The notes beneath the pieces are model-generated. The model ran no database searches and was not told the DNA's origin. It was given only the letters and a program-made list of their open reading frames with translations. A program made the translations under genes and the position numbers. 64,000 nt of DNA, taken from positions 13,454,001 through 13,518,000 of the forward strand of contig OX597817.1 of NCBI GenBank assembly GCA_951406725.2, written 5' to 3'. Shown here piece by piece: positions 48,643 to 60,657 of this stretch. This DNA comes from Octopus vulgaris. Taxonomy: Eukaryota. Positions within the stretch are counted from its first letter, which is position 1. The number at the start of each line of letters is the position of its first letter.

Positions 48643-49134
48643 AAATGAAGACCATATAGAGTAGTGAGGACCCTTTAGTCTAGCTGGGTACAAAACAACC
48701 TCCCTACAGCTAGTGTCACAGTGAAATGCACCCAGTACACACTGTAAAGTGATTAGTGAATAAACAAAGCCAACATAAAGATGAGAAGATCCTTTAGTTT
48801 TGACTAGAGTAGCAAGCACTCTTGTGCTGGTGCCATGATAAAACATCCACTACACTCTGTAAAATGGTTAGTTGTAAGAATGTTATCCAGCTGTGAAGCT
48901 TGCAAAGGGTAGGAAATAATGAAAAGTTGGCAGTGTTGAAAGGACAAAAGTCATGTTGAAGATAACTTTAGTGCTAGTGGCATGATTAATAATGCACCCA
49001 ATCCCTAATTGTAAAGTATTTGGTGATGAGAAGTTCATCTAGTTATAAAAACTATGCTGGAAGCAAACATGGCTTTGTTGCTTAGTTTTCTCTGTTGTTT
49101 TAACATCATCGTTTAGCATCTTCCTTCCATGCTG

Positions 49135-49345
49135 GCATGGGTTAGAATGGTTTGACTGAAACTGGTAAGCCAGATAGCTTCACCAGGCTCCAATCTGATT
49201 TAGCATGGGTTAGATGGTTTGACTGAAACTGGTAAGCCAGATAGCTTCACCAGGCTCCAATCTGATTTAGCATGGGTTAGATGGTTTGACTGAAACTGGT
49301 AAGCTGGAGGGCTGCACCAGGTCCCAATCTGATTTAGCATGGGTT
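49135..49345. repeat. 67-68-bp tandem triplication inside an RTE-tailed repeat
   Basis: GCATGGGTTAG.ATGGTTTGACTGAAACTGGTAAGC...CAATCTGATTTA units start at 49135, 49203 and 49270. Confidence 0.9.
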
Positions 49346-50137
49346 TCTACAGCTGGATATCCTTCCAAACATCTACTACTCCAAGAGTGTAATGGGTGCT
49401 TTTTATGTGCCATTGGCATTGGTGCCAGTTACATGACACCAACATTCGCCATGACTATGGTTCCACTTGGCTTCACAGGTCCTCTCGAGCACGGCATATT
49501 GCCAAAAGTCTCGGTCATTGTGTGTTAGATAAAAGAGTCAAAAATAAAGGATAAGACAGTTATATCTAACTCCTGCCAGCATGGAAAAATGGATATAAAA
49601 TGATGTTGGAGATAATATATCATCATCATTTAACGTACGTTTTCCATGCTAGCATAGGTTGGACGGTTTTGACTGAGGGCTGGCAACCAGATGGCTGCAC
49701 CAGGCTCCAGTCTTGATCTGGCAGAGTTTCTACAGCTGGATGCCCTTCCACGTTTGGCATATAAAATCTTTCTAAGAATGTATAATTTATTTCGTCTTTT
49801 TAAATATATGGTTCTGACTACAAAAATTAAATAGATCCAACTAGGTTGAAATTGCAGTACTTTTTTTTTTTTATTCAAACCCATGTTTCTTCTCTACTGA
49901 TTATAGATTCTAAGTTATTTCAGAGAATGGCTGAGTAAATATTTTATTTAGAATTAATTTGTATCCTCTCTTATGTGTTGCATAGTCCCCCAAACCCCAG
50001 CAATTTTAGCTTTTGAGATGGTTGCCTGATTTTTTGAGCAAAAGCTTGCAAATATTTAAATGAATTTTATGTTTTCATCAAAATCTCATTAAAAAAGACA
50101 TCAATCATCTGTTCTCTTGCATCATTGTTAATTTCAG

Positions 50138-50238
50138 TTTGGAATGGAATATTATTTATACGGAAAGGAATGTACCAAGGTGGAATATTTCGGTTTTTGC
50201 TAAAAATGCCAGAAAACTATCCTAGTTGTGATTGTCCT
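50138..50238 (+). CDS. AKTIP: AKTIP coding exon 3
   Basis: TTTCAG acceptor and GTAAGT donor; WNGILFIRKGMYQGGIFRF...PENYPSCDCP resembles WFGVIFIRHGLYQDGVFKF...PDNYPDGDCP. Confidence 0.93.
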
Positions 50239-50431
50239 GTAAGTATATTTCTGCTACATTTAAAAGAAATTTTATGATGCTTTTTCTTATTTAAATCAAC
50301 ACAAAACAACTTTTTGTTTCTATAATCTTTTGGAATTTCTTTTTACCAAATATCTTCTTATTTCTTGGCTGCTGCTATTGATCTGATAATCCTATCTTAA
50401 TATTGTCTTTAATGTTTTTTCTGAATATACA

Positions 50432-50818
50432 TAGCCGTAGGAGTGGCTGTGTGGTAAGTAGCTTGCTTATGAACCACATGGTTCTGGGTTCAGTCCCACT
50501 GCGTGGCATCTTGGGCAAGTGTCTTCTACTATAGCCTCGGGCCGACCAAAGCCTTGTGAGTGGATTTGGTAGATGGAAACTGAAAGAAGCCCATCGTATA
50601 TATGTATATACATATGTTTGTGTGTCTGTATTTGTCCCCCCAACATCGCTTGACAACCGATGCTGGTATGTTTACATCCCTGTAACTTAGCGGTTTGGCA
50701 AAAGAGACCGATAAAATAAGTATTAGGCTTACAAAGAATAAGTCCTAGGGTCGATTTGCTTGACTAAAGGCGGTACTCCAGCATGGCCACAGTCAAATGA
50801 CTGAAACAAGTAAAAGAG
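50432..50818 (+). mobile_element. tRNA-derived SINE, family A
   Basis: Full-length copy. Confidence 0.85.
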
Positions 50819-51104
50819 TGAGTATACAGTTATGTTGATGTTAACTATTTGTTTTTTTTTCTACCTATTTCTGATTCTTTTACTCTTAATTATCAACCAG
50901 TCATATTTATTCAGTTCCAATGAATTTTCCTTGGACATCACTGCATTTCTTTCAATATTTGTCCTAAATTTTCTTTGTCAAATCTTCTTTTCTCATTAAG
51001 ATATTCAATGTGTCAAGCTCTTATTTTCTTCTCAGGTCATCCATCTCATGTCTGAGGAATTGTTAAGGCATTTGACTAGTTGTCTAAAGATAATGTGTTT
51101 CAAT

Positions 51105-51162
51105 AATCATCTGTTCTCTTGCATCATTGTTAATTTCAGTTTGGAATGGAATATTATTTATA
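51105..51162 (+). repeat. Exact 58-bp duplicate of 50103-50160 (splice acceptor + first 23 nt of AKTIP exon 3)
   Basis: AATCATCTGTTCTCTTGCATCATTGTTAATTTCAG|TTTGGAATGGAATATTATTTATA occurs at both positions. Confidence 0.92.
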
Positions 51163-52405
51163 ATATCTTATTATGTCTTTGGGTAACTTAGATTAGCTCT
51201 GCTAAAGTAGACCCTTTGTACAAGACTAGCTAATTGAAATGTTAACATTAAAAGTTAATACATGTGGCATGTAGTCTACTGAAGAACATTGGTTTGCTAT
51301 ATCAAATGACTTTCTTATATTTAATTCCATATATTTGTCAATGGGTACTGTGTTGTACATTCTTCATTAGGTCATGAATACTTCTGAGAATTTACTAGAG
51401 CATTCATTTCATAAACACATTTGCTCTAAGATCTGATGTTTAGTGCTAAATTTCACTGTTTAACTTAAACAGAAAATAAACATTGGTTTACAAATCAGTT
51501 TTGATTTATATATATACTTCTCATTTTCATATGCAAAGTGAATTACTTTGTAATTTGCAAAGAAATTTATTTCTTCTTGATGTGCTGTGCCTACAAGCAT
51601 TGGTGATTGTGGACTTAAATTACTTTCTGTCCCATGAACTACCTAACAAGTTGTTGCATGGTACTTTTTGTAGCCCATTGATAAGGTCATCGGAAATCTT
51701 CTCTCTCTGTCTTCCTTAGTTCTTTAAAATAGCTAACTGTATTCAGTGGCGAGACTTCAGTTTGGAAGTTCAAGAGTTCTGGGAAATATGGAGTTATTTC
51801 TTAGTCACCATCAAGTTTGCTCTGGCCAGGAATGGTAATACCTGTCCAGAGCCTGTTATCAGTCAAATAACAAGATTTTCCATGGTGTGCAGGACTAACA
51901 ACCAAACATATATCATACAGGACTGTCAGTATGTGGCCAAACCCTGATGTTGTATGAACCAGTGTCCCTACCTAAGTGTTAAGTAGGCTATGTGCTTCAA
52001 AAGTAAGCTTGGGAGAATAGAACAGTAGCAGAATAAACTATAAATAAACCTGCAGATGGCAATGGGAACTACTGATGTATTTTTCCCTAGAAAATTTATG
52101 AACCTTCATACCGATTTTACTGCCAAAATTAGTTCCTTTATTTCAGAACAAGTTATATTCTTGACCTAATATATATTTAAGTTTTGATACTGACAGCTGT
52201 GAGATACAGATTTTTATACATTTTCTTTTCTTTTATTATTGTATAGCTACCTCATTAAGTCAAATAGACCAAGGAATAGACTATAGCATATGTATAATAT
52301 TTTATTAGTATGAGAATTTGATTTTGGATTAATGAGACTCATGATTTCATTTTAAATCTTCTATTGTTCCATGTAATGTGTAGTTCAGGTTGGCTCAGCA
52401 TTTAA

Positions 52406-52759
52406 CCCTTTCATTACTGAATTTATTTTGTGATGCTCTGTGTTTCTTTCAATTACTTTAAATATAACAAAGAATTCCACTACACTCACGGAGTGGTTGG
52501 CGTTAGGAAGGGCATCCAGCCGTAGAAACACTGCCAGATCTGACTGGGCCTGATGAAGCCTTCCAGCTTCACAGACCCCAGTTGAACCGTCCAACCCATG
52601 CTAGCATGGAGAACGGACGCTAAATGATGATGATGATTATCATTAAGCTAGTGTTAGGAACATAAATTGTGAATAAGATTTGGTGGAAGATTTTAATAAA
52701 AACAAGATATATATATTAAAGAGCCAGAGCTGGTTTCAGCCGGTTTGGTAACGAAAGGG
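52406..52759. mobile_element. TTAA-specific MITE with nested RTE-tailed repeat (~52478-52636)
   Basis: TTAA|CCCTTTCATTAC ... GTAACGAAAGGG|TTAA. Confidence 0.7.
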
Positions 52760-54563
52760 TTAACATAAAAGTGATTTCACCATCATATTGATGATAGTCT
52801 CAGATCCAAGTCAGCTCAAATTTGAGATGATCTATAATCAATGACATTCTAGCCATGACCATTCTGTCTTTTAAGGAGTGGAAGACGAATACATAATACA
52901 ATGTATATTTTCCTTATCTATAATAGTAGGGTGTAATTTGAGGGACATTTGCCTGCTATTTCTAGCAGGTCAGTGGACTGTATAGAGACTCCTTGTGGGC
53001 TCATCATTAGCATATTTATTGGAGTATGAATTTTGTTTTTAGTATTACCATATCCTCCTAAAACATACTCCCTCAACATGTGTCCACTCCCTGCTCTCTT
53101 TCCTCTCCATCCCCCACTCTTCTTTTGCAATCTTGAGAACTTAGCTACCCATTCACCTTACGCAGTTTGTGGTTCCACTTCACTTATATGCCCCTCCCTA
53201 CAATTTGAGTGTATGTAGTGCCACGTATCTCCTCTACTGCAAAACATCTAGTTCTGTCTCTCTATTCATACTCTAACCTCTCATCACATGGCACAAAGCC
53301 ACCTCCCTCAAAACTACACCCCACTCAATTGAGGGACCTTGTCTTGTAAGTTACTCGACCGCACTGTTGCTGGTGCTATGTGAAAAGCACCCAGCACACC
53401 CTGTAAAGGAAGAGCATCCAACCATAGAGACCATGCCATAGCAGACAGTAAAACTCGGCTCAGTCTTCAGATCTGCCAGCGCCTATCAAACTGTCCAACC
53501 TATGCCCCCATAGAAGGAGGACATAAATGATGATATTGGTTGAAGGATGTGTTGTCCATCATCCTTTTAATAACAGTAATGTTTTGTTTCTTTCGGTAAA
53601 GTATAGAACATGTTTCTTAAAAGAGCCTTACTTGACTTAGCCATGCCTCTTTCATGATGTTTTAGTCTTGTTCAGAATCTGATGTGAATCACTCCAACTT
53701 TCATTTAATATGTTTACTCCTGTTTTCTATTTTAGTAGATTTTAATTCTACAGTAAATTCTGTGCACTTCAGTTTTTCTTTGAAAGTATTTCTTTTTGTT
53801 GTCAATTGGTGCAAATAATGTTGTGTATTATGCTGCTGATGTAATCAATGCAATAAAATATTGTGGGTGGATCAGGTAGGCCCAAACTGACAGAAGTCCA
53901 TCATATATGTGTGTGTGTGTTTTATTGTGTCTTTGCCTTGACATCATATGATAGTTATTAACAGAGTGTTTCTGTTATCATCATCATCCTTCAACATCCA
54001 TTTTCCATGCTGGCATGGGTTGGGCAGTTTGACCAGACCTGCACCAGGTTCAGTCTGATTTGGCTTGGTTTCTATGACTGGGTGCCCTTCCTAACGCCAG
54101 CCACTTTACAGTATGTGTTGGGTGTCTGCCCTTTGTAATCAAATTTCCATGAAAATGTCTGGTCATGGGGAAAATATTACATTACTCTTGGAAACAAGAA
54201 GGGCATCCAGCCATAAAAAATGTCTCACCAAACTCCATCTGACCCATGAGAGCATGGAAGAGTGGCTATTAAAATGATAGTGGTGAATGAAATTCAATTT
54301 TCGGATCAGTTCTCAAGCATCTTAATTAATTCACTTTGGTAATTTCATCAAAGGCCGTGCTCATTTCTCTTTTCCTTACCAGTAAATGTAACCTGATAAT
54401 GTTAACAATAGAGAACTGATAACAAATACAAAGTCAGTGCTTAAGGACACATTTTAATTTTATGTGTACTGCTTTTGTTTAAATTTTGTTAAAATTAAAC
54501 GTTAGACTCATCACCACCATCGTCATTTTACATCAGCTTTCTATACTGATATGGATTAGATAG

Positions 54564-54881
54564 TGGAGGTGCAATGGCCCAGTGGTTAGGGCAGCGGACT
54601 CGCGGTTGGAGGATTGCGGTTTCGATTCCCAGACCGGGCGTTGTGTGTGTTTATTGAGCGAAAACACCTAAAAGCTCCATGAGGCTTTGGCAGGGTGTGG
54701 TGGTGACCCCTGTTGTACTATTTCACTCCAACTTTCTCTCACTCTCTCTTCCTGTTTCTTGAGTAACGCTGCGATGGACTGGCAACCCATCCAGCTGGGG
54801 GGAACACATACGCCACAGAAACCGAGAAACTGGGCCCACGAGCCTGGCTAGGCTTGAAAAGGGCGCATAAATAAATAAAAA
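54564..54881 (+). mobile_element. tRNA-derived SINE with family B head and alternative tail
   Basis: 13-bp TSD ATGGATTAGATAG. The head matches 25376-25764; the tail ends GCCTGGCTAGGCTTGAAAAGGGCGCA(TAAA)n. Confidence 0.85.
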
Positions 54882-55184
54882 ATGGATTAGATAGGTCTTC
54901 ATGGCCCAAGTCAGTTCTTATTCAGAGTTACTGCCCTGCTAGGTCTTGCTCTTATATTCCATTCTCAGTTTGGTTTCTGTGGCTGGATATCCTTTTTAAC
55001 ATCAAAAACTTTATAGAGTGTACTGGGTGCATTTCATTGTGGTACCAATCCTGAAGAGGTTTTGCCTGAGAAAGCCTGAAGGGCCCTCTCTACCTTAAAT
55101 TATCCCTGTTCATTTGCCATCCACTTTACCAAGTGTACTATGTGTATTTCATTATGGCCTCAGCTCTAGAAAAGTTACCTTGTC

Positions 55185-56410
55185 CCTCATCATTGTTTAA
55201 TGTCTGCTTTCCATGCTGGCATGGGTTGGATGGTTTGATTGAAAACTAATAAGCCAAGGAACTGCACTAGGTTCCAATCTGATTTGGCAAGGTCTCTATG
55301 GTAAGATGTTTTTCCTAATGCCAAGTGCTTTTTACATACCACTGGCATGGGTGCTGTTGATTTGACACCAGCATTGGCCACAACTGTGATCTCACTTGGC
55401 TTGATAGGTTTACGCAAGCATGGTATATTGCCAAAGGCCTTGGTCACCTGTCACTGCCTCTGTGAGGCCCAACGCTCAAACAGTGCTTTTTTATGTGCCA
55501 CCAGCATGGGTGCCAGTCATACGGTACTGGTATTGACCATGATTTCACTTGGGTTGACAAGTCTTCTCAAGCACAGCATATTGTCCAATATTTGAAGGGT
55601 GCTTTTTATGTTCCAGTTAAGCGACACTGGCATCAGCCATGATTACGCTTGATAGGTCTTCTCAAGTACATCATATCATCAAAGGTCTCAATCACTTATC
55701 ATTGCTTCTGTGAGGCCTGACATTCGAAGATCATGCTTCAACACCTTATCCCATGCCTTCCTGGGTCTACCTCTTCCACAGGTCCCCTCCGCCATTAGAG
55801 TGCAGCACTTCCCTGACAAGATTAAAGTCCTCTCTACTCTACATTGCTTCTTTTATTCAAAGCAATATAATTGAGAGAAGAGAAAGAACTGGAGTGGAAG
55901 AGGAGGTGGTAATAAGTAGCTACATGTTAGTTGTTGGTAAGTAGATGTCATCATCATCATTTAACGTCCGCTTTCCATGCTAGCATGGGTTGGACGATTT
56001 GACTGAGGGCTGGCGAACCAGACTCCAATCTGATCTGGCAGAGTTTCTACTGCTGGATGCCCTTCCTAATGCCAACCACTCCGAGAGTGTAGTGGGTGCT
56101 TTTATGTACCACCGGCACAAGGGCCAGTTTGGTGGTACTGGCAATGGCCACGCCCAAATGGTGCTTTTTATGTGCCACCTGCACAGGAGCCAGTCCAGTG
56201 GCACTGGTGACGACCTCGCTCGAATGTTTCACATGCCACCAGCACAAGTGCTAGTAAGGCGGCGTGGTAACGATCATGCTTGAATGGTGTGCTTAACATG
56301 CCGTCGGCACGAAGGCCAGCTTGTTGCTCTGGCAACGATCTCACTCGTATGGTACTCTTAGCACTCCACTAGCAACGGATGCCAGTCACCGAGTTTGATT
56401 TCGATTTCAC
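55185..56410 (-). mobile_element. Two RTE-tailed SINE-like repeats (55185-55810 older; 55947-56410 younger)
   Basis: CATCAT..TTTAA.GTC.GCTTTCCATGC ends and internal GTGCTTTTTATGTGCCACC units. Confidence 0.7.
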
Positions 56411-56696
56411 TATGGATCACATAATAGAGAGAGAGAGAGAGAAAGAATGAAAATAGTTGTCAATGAGCAATAAAGGTGAAAGTAATGAAAGTGGGAATGA
56501 TGGTAATAAAGTTAAAAAAAAAAGGCAAAGGTGATCGGTAGGGTTATTGAATAGGGATAGATCCAATGGCGCACATGGTTACACAGTTGGAGTGATGAAG
56601 GAGAAGCGTAACAATGAGACGGTGGTGGTTGTACTGAATATAGAGAGAACCAAAGATCCATCATCAGTATTTTAATCCTTGTTTCATTATGTTGAA

Positions 56697-57056
56697 AGGA
56701 GTGGCTGTGTGGTAAGTAGCTTGCTAACCAGCCACATGGTTCCGGGTTCAGTCCCACTGCGTGGCATCTTGGGCAAGTGTCTTCTGCTATAGCCCCGGGC
56801 CGACCAATGCCTTGTGAGTGAATTTGGTAGACGGAAACTGAAAGAAGCCTGTCGTATATATGTATATATATATATATATGTATGTGTTTGTGTGTCTGTG
56901 TTTACGTCCCCGTCACTTAGCGGTTCGGCAAAAAGAGACCGATAGAATAAGTACTGGGCTTATAAAGAATAAGTCCCGGGGTCGAGTTGCTCGACTAAAG
57001 GCGGTGCTCCAGCATGGCCGCAGTCGAATGACTGAAACAAGTAAAAGAGTAAAGAG
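56697..57056 (+). mobile_element. tRNA-derived SINE, family A (short internal deletion)
   Basis: Near-identical to the other copies. Confidence 0.85.
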
Positions 57057-57155
57057 TAAGAGTATATGAGCTGAAGACAAGGTAAAGTATATATATTTGT
57101 GCTGTACTATTACTCCAGATCTGATCAATAACCTTTTGACTTTATTTATTTACAG

Positions 57156-57244
57156 AGTGTGTATTTTATCCCTCCTATTTTCCACCCTGTCATTAACCCA
57201 GAAACGGGGGAACTGGATGTGAAAAGAGCATTTCCCAAATGGAG
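57156..57244 (+). CDS. AKTIP: AKTIP coding exon 4
   Basis: TTACAG acceptor and GTAAAT donor. [23 protein letters not shown] resembles [23 protein letters not shown], with Asp in place of the E2 catalytic Cys as in AKTIP. Confidence 0.95.
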
Positions 57245-57305
57245 GTAAATGCACTTTCTCTCTTTTTGTAATTGGTGTTTGCATTTCTGTTAGTTTCAAG
57301 TGAAA

Positions 57306-57704
57306 TCTTTATATATAAAAGTGAAGTTGTGTGAGTGTCTGTCTCCTACGATTTAGATTCCTAATTACTCCCACATTTTGCGGTGCAGTCTAACCCAAAC
57401 CGGGTGTCTTATAGTCGTGATTCATATCGAGCCCTTCTGGGTATTAGCGCGCGTCTACGATGAGTCTACGATTTAAAAATAAATTTACCATCAATTTTTC
57501 CCATTTTTAATGCATTTTTGGCATATATAAGGGAAGTAACTCTCTAAAAATTCATTATTAAATCTCAGAACGTAAAAAGCTACAGTAACACCCCCCACCT
57601 TTGTGGTTAGCCATATTGAGATGGCTATTATACTTTACATCTCTAAAAATGCTTTTATAGTTATTTCCCTTACAAACCCGAGCAACGCCGGGTGATACTG
57701 CTAG
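57306..57704 (+). mobile_element. Non-autonomous Helitron in an AKTIP intron
   Basis: A|TC ... CCCGAGCAACGCCGGG ... CTAG|T. Confidence 0.85.
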
Positions 57705-57745
57705 TTGTTAATAAATTTCAATATGAATTTCACTGATTATTTCAG

Positions 57746-57844
57746 AAAAAGTGTTAACCATTTGTGGCAGATATTGCTGTATGTCCGAAAAATATTCTAT
57801 AAAATTGATACAAAATCCCCTTGGAACCATGATGCAGCTGTTTT
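57746..57844 (+). CDS. AKTIP: AKTIP coding exon 5
   Basis: TTTCAG acceptor and GTAAGT donor; [30 protein letters not shown] resembles [30 protein letters not shown]. Confidence 0.95.
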
Positions 57845-59024
57845 GTAAGTAGATTGTTTTGTTGTTTGAAATATTATTTTATACAGTGTTTAGTTATGTA
57901 TAGTTTATATCATCATCATCATCGTATAACGTCCCTCTCTCTCTTTCGGAGAGGCACTGAGCAGCTATACACACACGGCAGTAACTTCCACCTACCGAAT
58001 TCAATCACAAAGCTCCGGTCGGCTCGGGGCTATAGTGGAAGACACCTACCCAAAGTGCCACGCAGTGGGACTGAACCCGAAACCATGTAGCTACGAAGCA
58101 AGCTCCCTAACCACACAGCCATGCCCGCGCCTAAAAATATGAAATATATTCTTAGCCTAGAAAATTAAAAAAAATATATTTGTGGCTGTGTGGTAAGAAG
58201 TTCATTTCCCAACCACATGGTTTTGGGTTCAGTACCACTGCATGGCACTTTGAGCAAGTGTCTTCAACTATAGCATTGAGCCAGCTAAAACCTTGTGGGT
58301 GAATTTAGTTGGTGGAAAGTAAAAGAAGCTCATACTGTATATATATATGCATCTGTTTGTGTTTGTGCTACTGCTTGGCAACCTATGTTGGTTTGTTTAT
58401 GTCCCCATGCTATAGCGGTTCAGCAAGAATCTGGCAGGGCAAGTACCAAGCTTAACAGAAGTACTGGGATTGATTTGTTCAACTAAAACCCTTCAAGGCA
58501 GTGCCCCAGCATGGCCGCAGTCCAATGACTAAAACAAGTAGAAATTATTTAAAAAAAAAAAACCCCCAAAAAACTATTATAAATATTGGTGTTTTTCTTC
58601 TTTAAATTTTCTTATTGTGATCTTTTAGTCTAATTCAGTTTGATTTGTATTTGGGTCAGTTTGGTTTGTATTCCTGTTCCATTTGAGTAATTGGTAACTA
58701 ACTGGCAAACTGGTTTTTCTGTAAAATAAATGTTAGGAATAACCAGGTCATCTTGTCTTGCTGAAATGTGTGTTCTCTATTATGATTATAATGTGATCAT
58801 ACGACAGAGTAGTTTTTTTAGAGTATGGTTGACTACTTCAGAAAAGGAATTTATGACATTTAACTTGTATCACGTTAAACACTGTTTCAATTGAGAATAT
58901 AACAGAAATGTAAACACTTCAACTCTGAACTGTGACTTTGCTTGTTTTGACATAGCTTTGTACTTTCTTAGTTTGTTCACTGGAAAGTAACATCAAAGGA
59001 TTAATAAAAAAAAAAAAAAAAAGA

Positions 59025-59601
59025 AAACTGCAGTTACCATATGGTTATGAGTTCAAATTTTACTATTGTCATTGTGTTCTGATTTACATGATTACTCTTA
59101 CTTGTTTCAGTCATTTGACTGTGGCCATGCTGGAGCACCGCCTTTAGTCGAGCAAATCGACCCCGGGACTTATTCTTTGTTAGCCCAGTACTTACTCTAT
59201 CGGTCTCTTTTTGCCGAACCGCTAAGTGACGGGGACATAAACACACCAGCATCGGTTGTCAAGCAATGCTAGGGGGACAAATACAGACACACATATATAT
59301 ATACATATATACGACAGGCTTCTTACATGGTTATGAATTCAAATTTTACTATTGCCGTTGTGTTCTGCTTTACATGATTAACTCGTATAATACTTGAACC
59401 ATTGATATGTCATGCTCCAGTTTAATCTGGGACCACCTGTCACAAAGTTGTTCAGTGGGGTGCTGTTTGACTGGAGGGACATGTGTAAACTTTGCTGTGT
59501 GTGATTCTTCTTATTATAGTGAGTTTTAACAGTGACCACAGCAGAAATGAGAAATGACAATAGTAAAATTTGAACTCATAACCCTGTGGTAACTGCAGTT
59601 T
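59025..59601. mobile_element. MITE-like element with ~49-bp TIRs, interrupted by a truncated family A SINE (~59095-59323)
   Basis: AAACTGCAGTTACCA.A.GGTTATGAGTTCAAATTTTACTATTGTCATT (59025-59073) is reverse-complemented at 59553-59601. Confidence 0.75.
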
Positions 59602-59638
59602 AAAAAAATAAAAAATTTACCACAGCTATTAATGCTTA

Positions 59639-59888
59639 ATAATATAAATGCGCCCTTTTAAAGCCTAGCCAGGCTCATGGGCCCGGTTTCCATGGTGTTT
59701 GTGTTCCCCAGCTGAATGGGACTCCTGCCCATCACAGCGTTACTCATTTTTGCCAGCTGAGTGGACTGGAGCAAAGTGAAACGAAGTGTTTTGCTCAAAA
59801 ACACAACGCGTTGCCCGGTCGAGGAATCGAAACCACAATCTTACAATAGTGATGCTGACACCCTGACCACTAAGCCACGCACCTCCAC
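59639..59888 (-). mobile_element. tRNA-derived SINE with a different head but the same tail as 54564-54881
   Basis: 13-bp TSD CTATTAATGCTTA; head GTGGCTTAGTGGTCAGGG...GGTTTCGATTCC; tail GAGCCTGGCTAGGCTTTAAAAGGGCGCAT. Confidence 0.8.
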
Positions 59889-60369
59889 CTATTAATGCTT
59901 AGATGTCTAAATTTAGTGGTGCATGATAATTTTCATTCTGAAATTGTGAGAACATAATTTAGATTTACTGTGGCAATCTCTGCTTCAGGTATTTTAATGT
60001 GGATACATGTTTATCTGTATTACCTAAGAGAGTTGGTACCAAATCCAATTAGTGTTATGTTACTAATGTTGTAGGTTGCAGGCATGTGATTATATTCAGG
60101 CTGAAGTACTGCTTAGCCCTAAAGTGTGCCTCCCAGTTATCTAAACAGTTTCCTCTTTTTAGAATTCTTGTGATGTATTAAACCAACCTCATCCTTTTTT
60201 GGTGCTAGATAGATAATATTCCTTGCTTCAGCTACAGTTTTAAAAATCCAATATTTCTGCTTTATGAATATACACATTTCATTATTTAAATTAAAAAAAA
60301 AAAAAGATGTTTACTTTTTACTACTTAGCAAAACAATTGTTTATCATTTCCCCCCCATCATTTTTCTAG

Positions 60370-60474
60370 ATATGACCAAATTGAAATGTATGAATCAAAA
60401 GTAGCACAATCTATTCAGAAATGCAGAGAAAGCATCTATGAGATTCCTGACCCAAATGATCTTCATGCTATTCG
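60370..60474 (+). CDS. AKTIP: AKTIP coding exon 6
   Basis: TTCTAG acceptor, GTAATT donor, phase 2/2. YDQIEMYESKVAQSIQKC...DLHAI resembles YEKDIQLFKSKVVDSVKVC...DPYAI. Confidence 0.9.
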
Positions 60475-60657
60475 GTAATTAAACTTTTGATTTTTATATT
60501 TGTTGTCATTACTGTTTATAAAATATCTAAAATAATGGGAACAATAGTAAGCAAAGCAGGATTAGCGATATCGGAAATGTGTAAATTATAATTTTGATAA
60601 CATTGTCAAATGCATTGAAGTAAACCATCATCAGTATTTAACTGACTGAGATATTAA

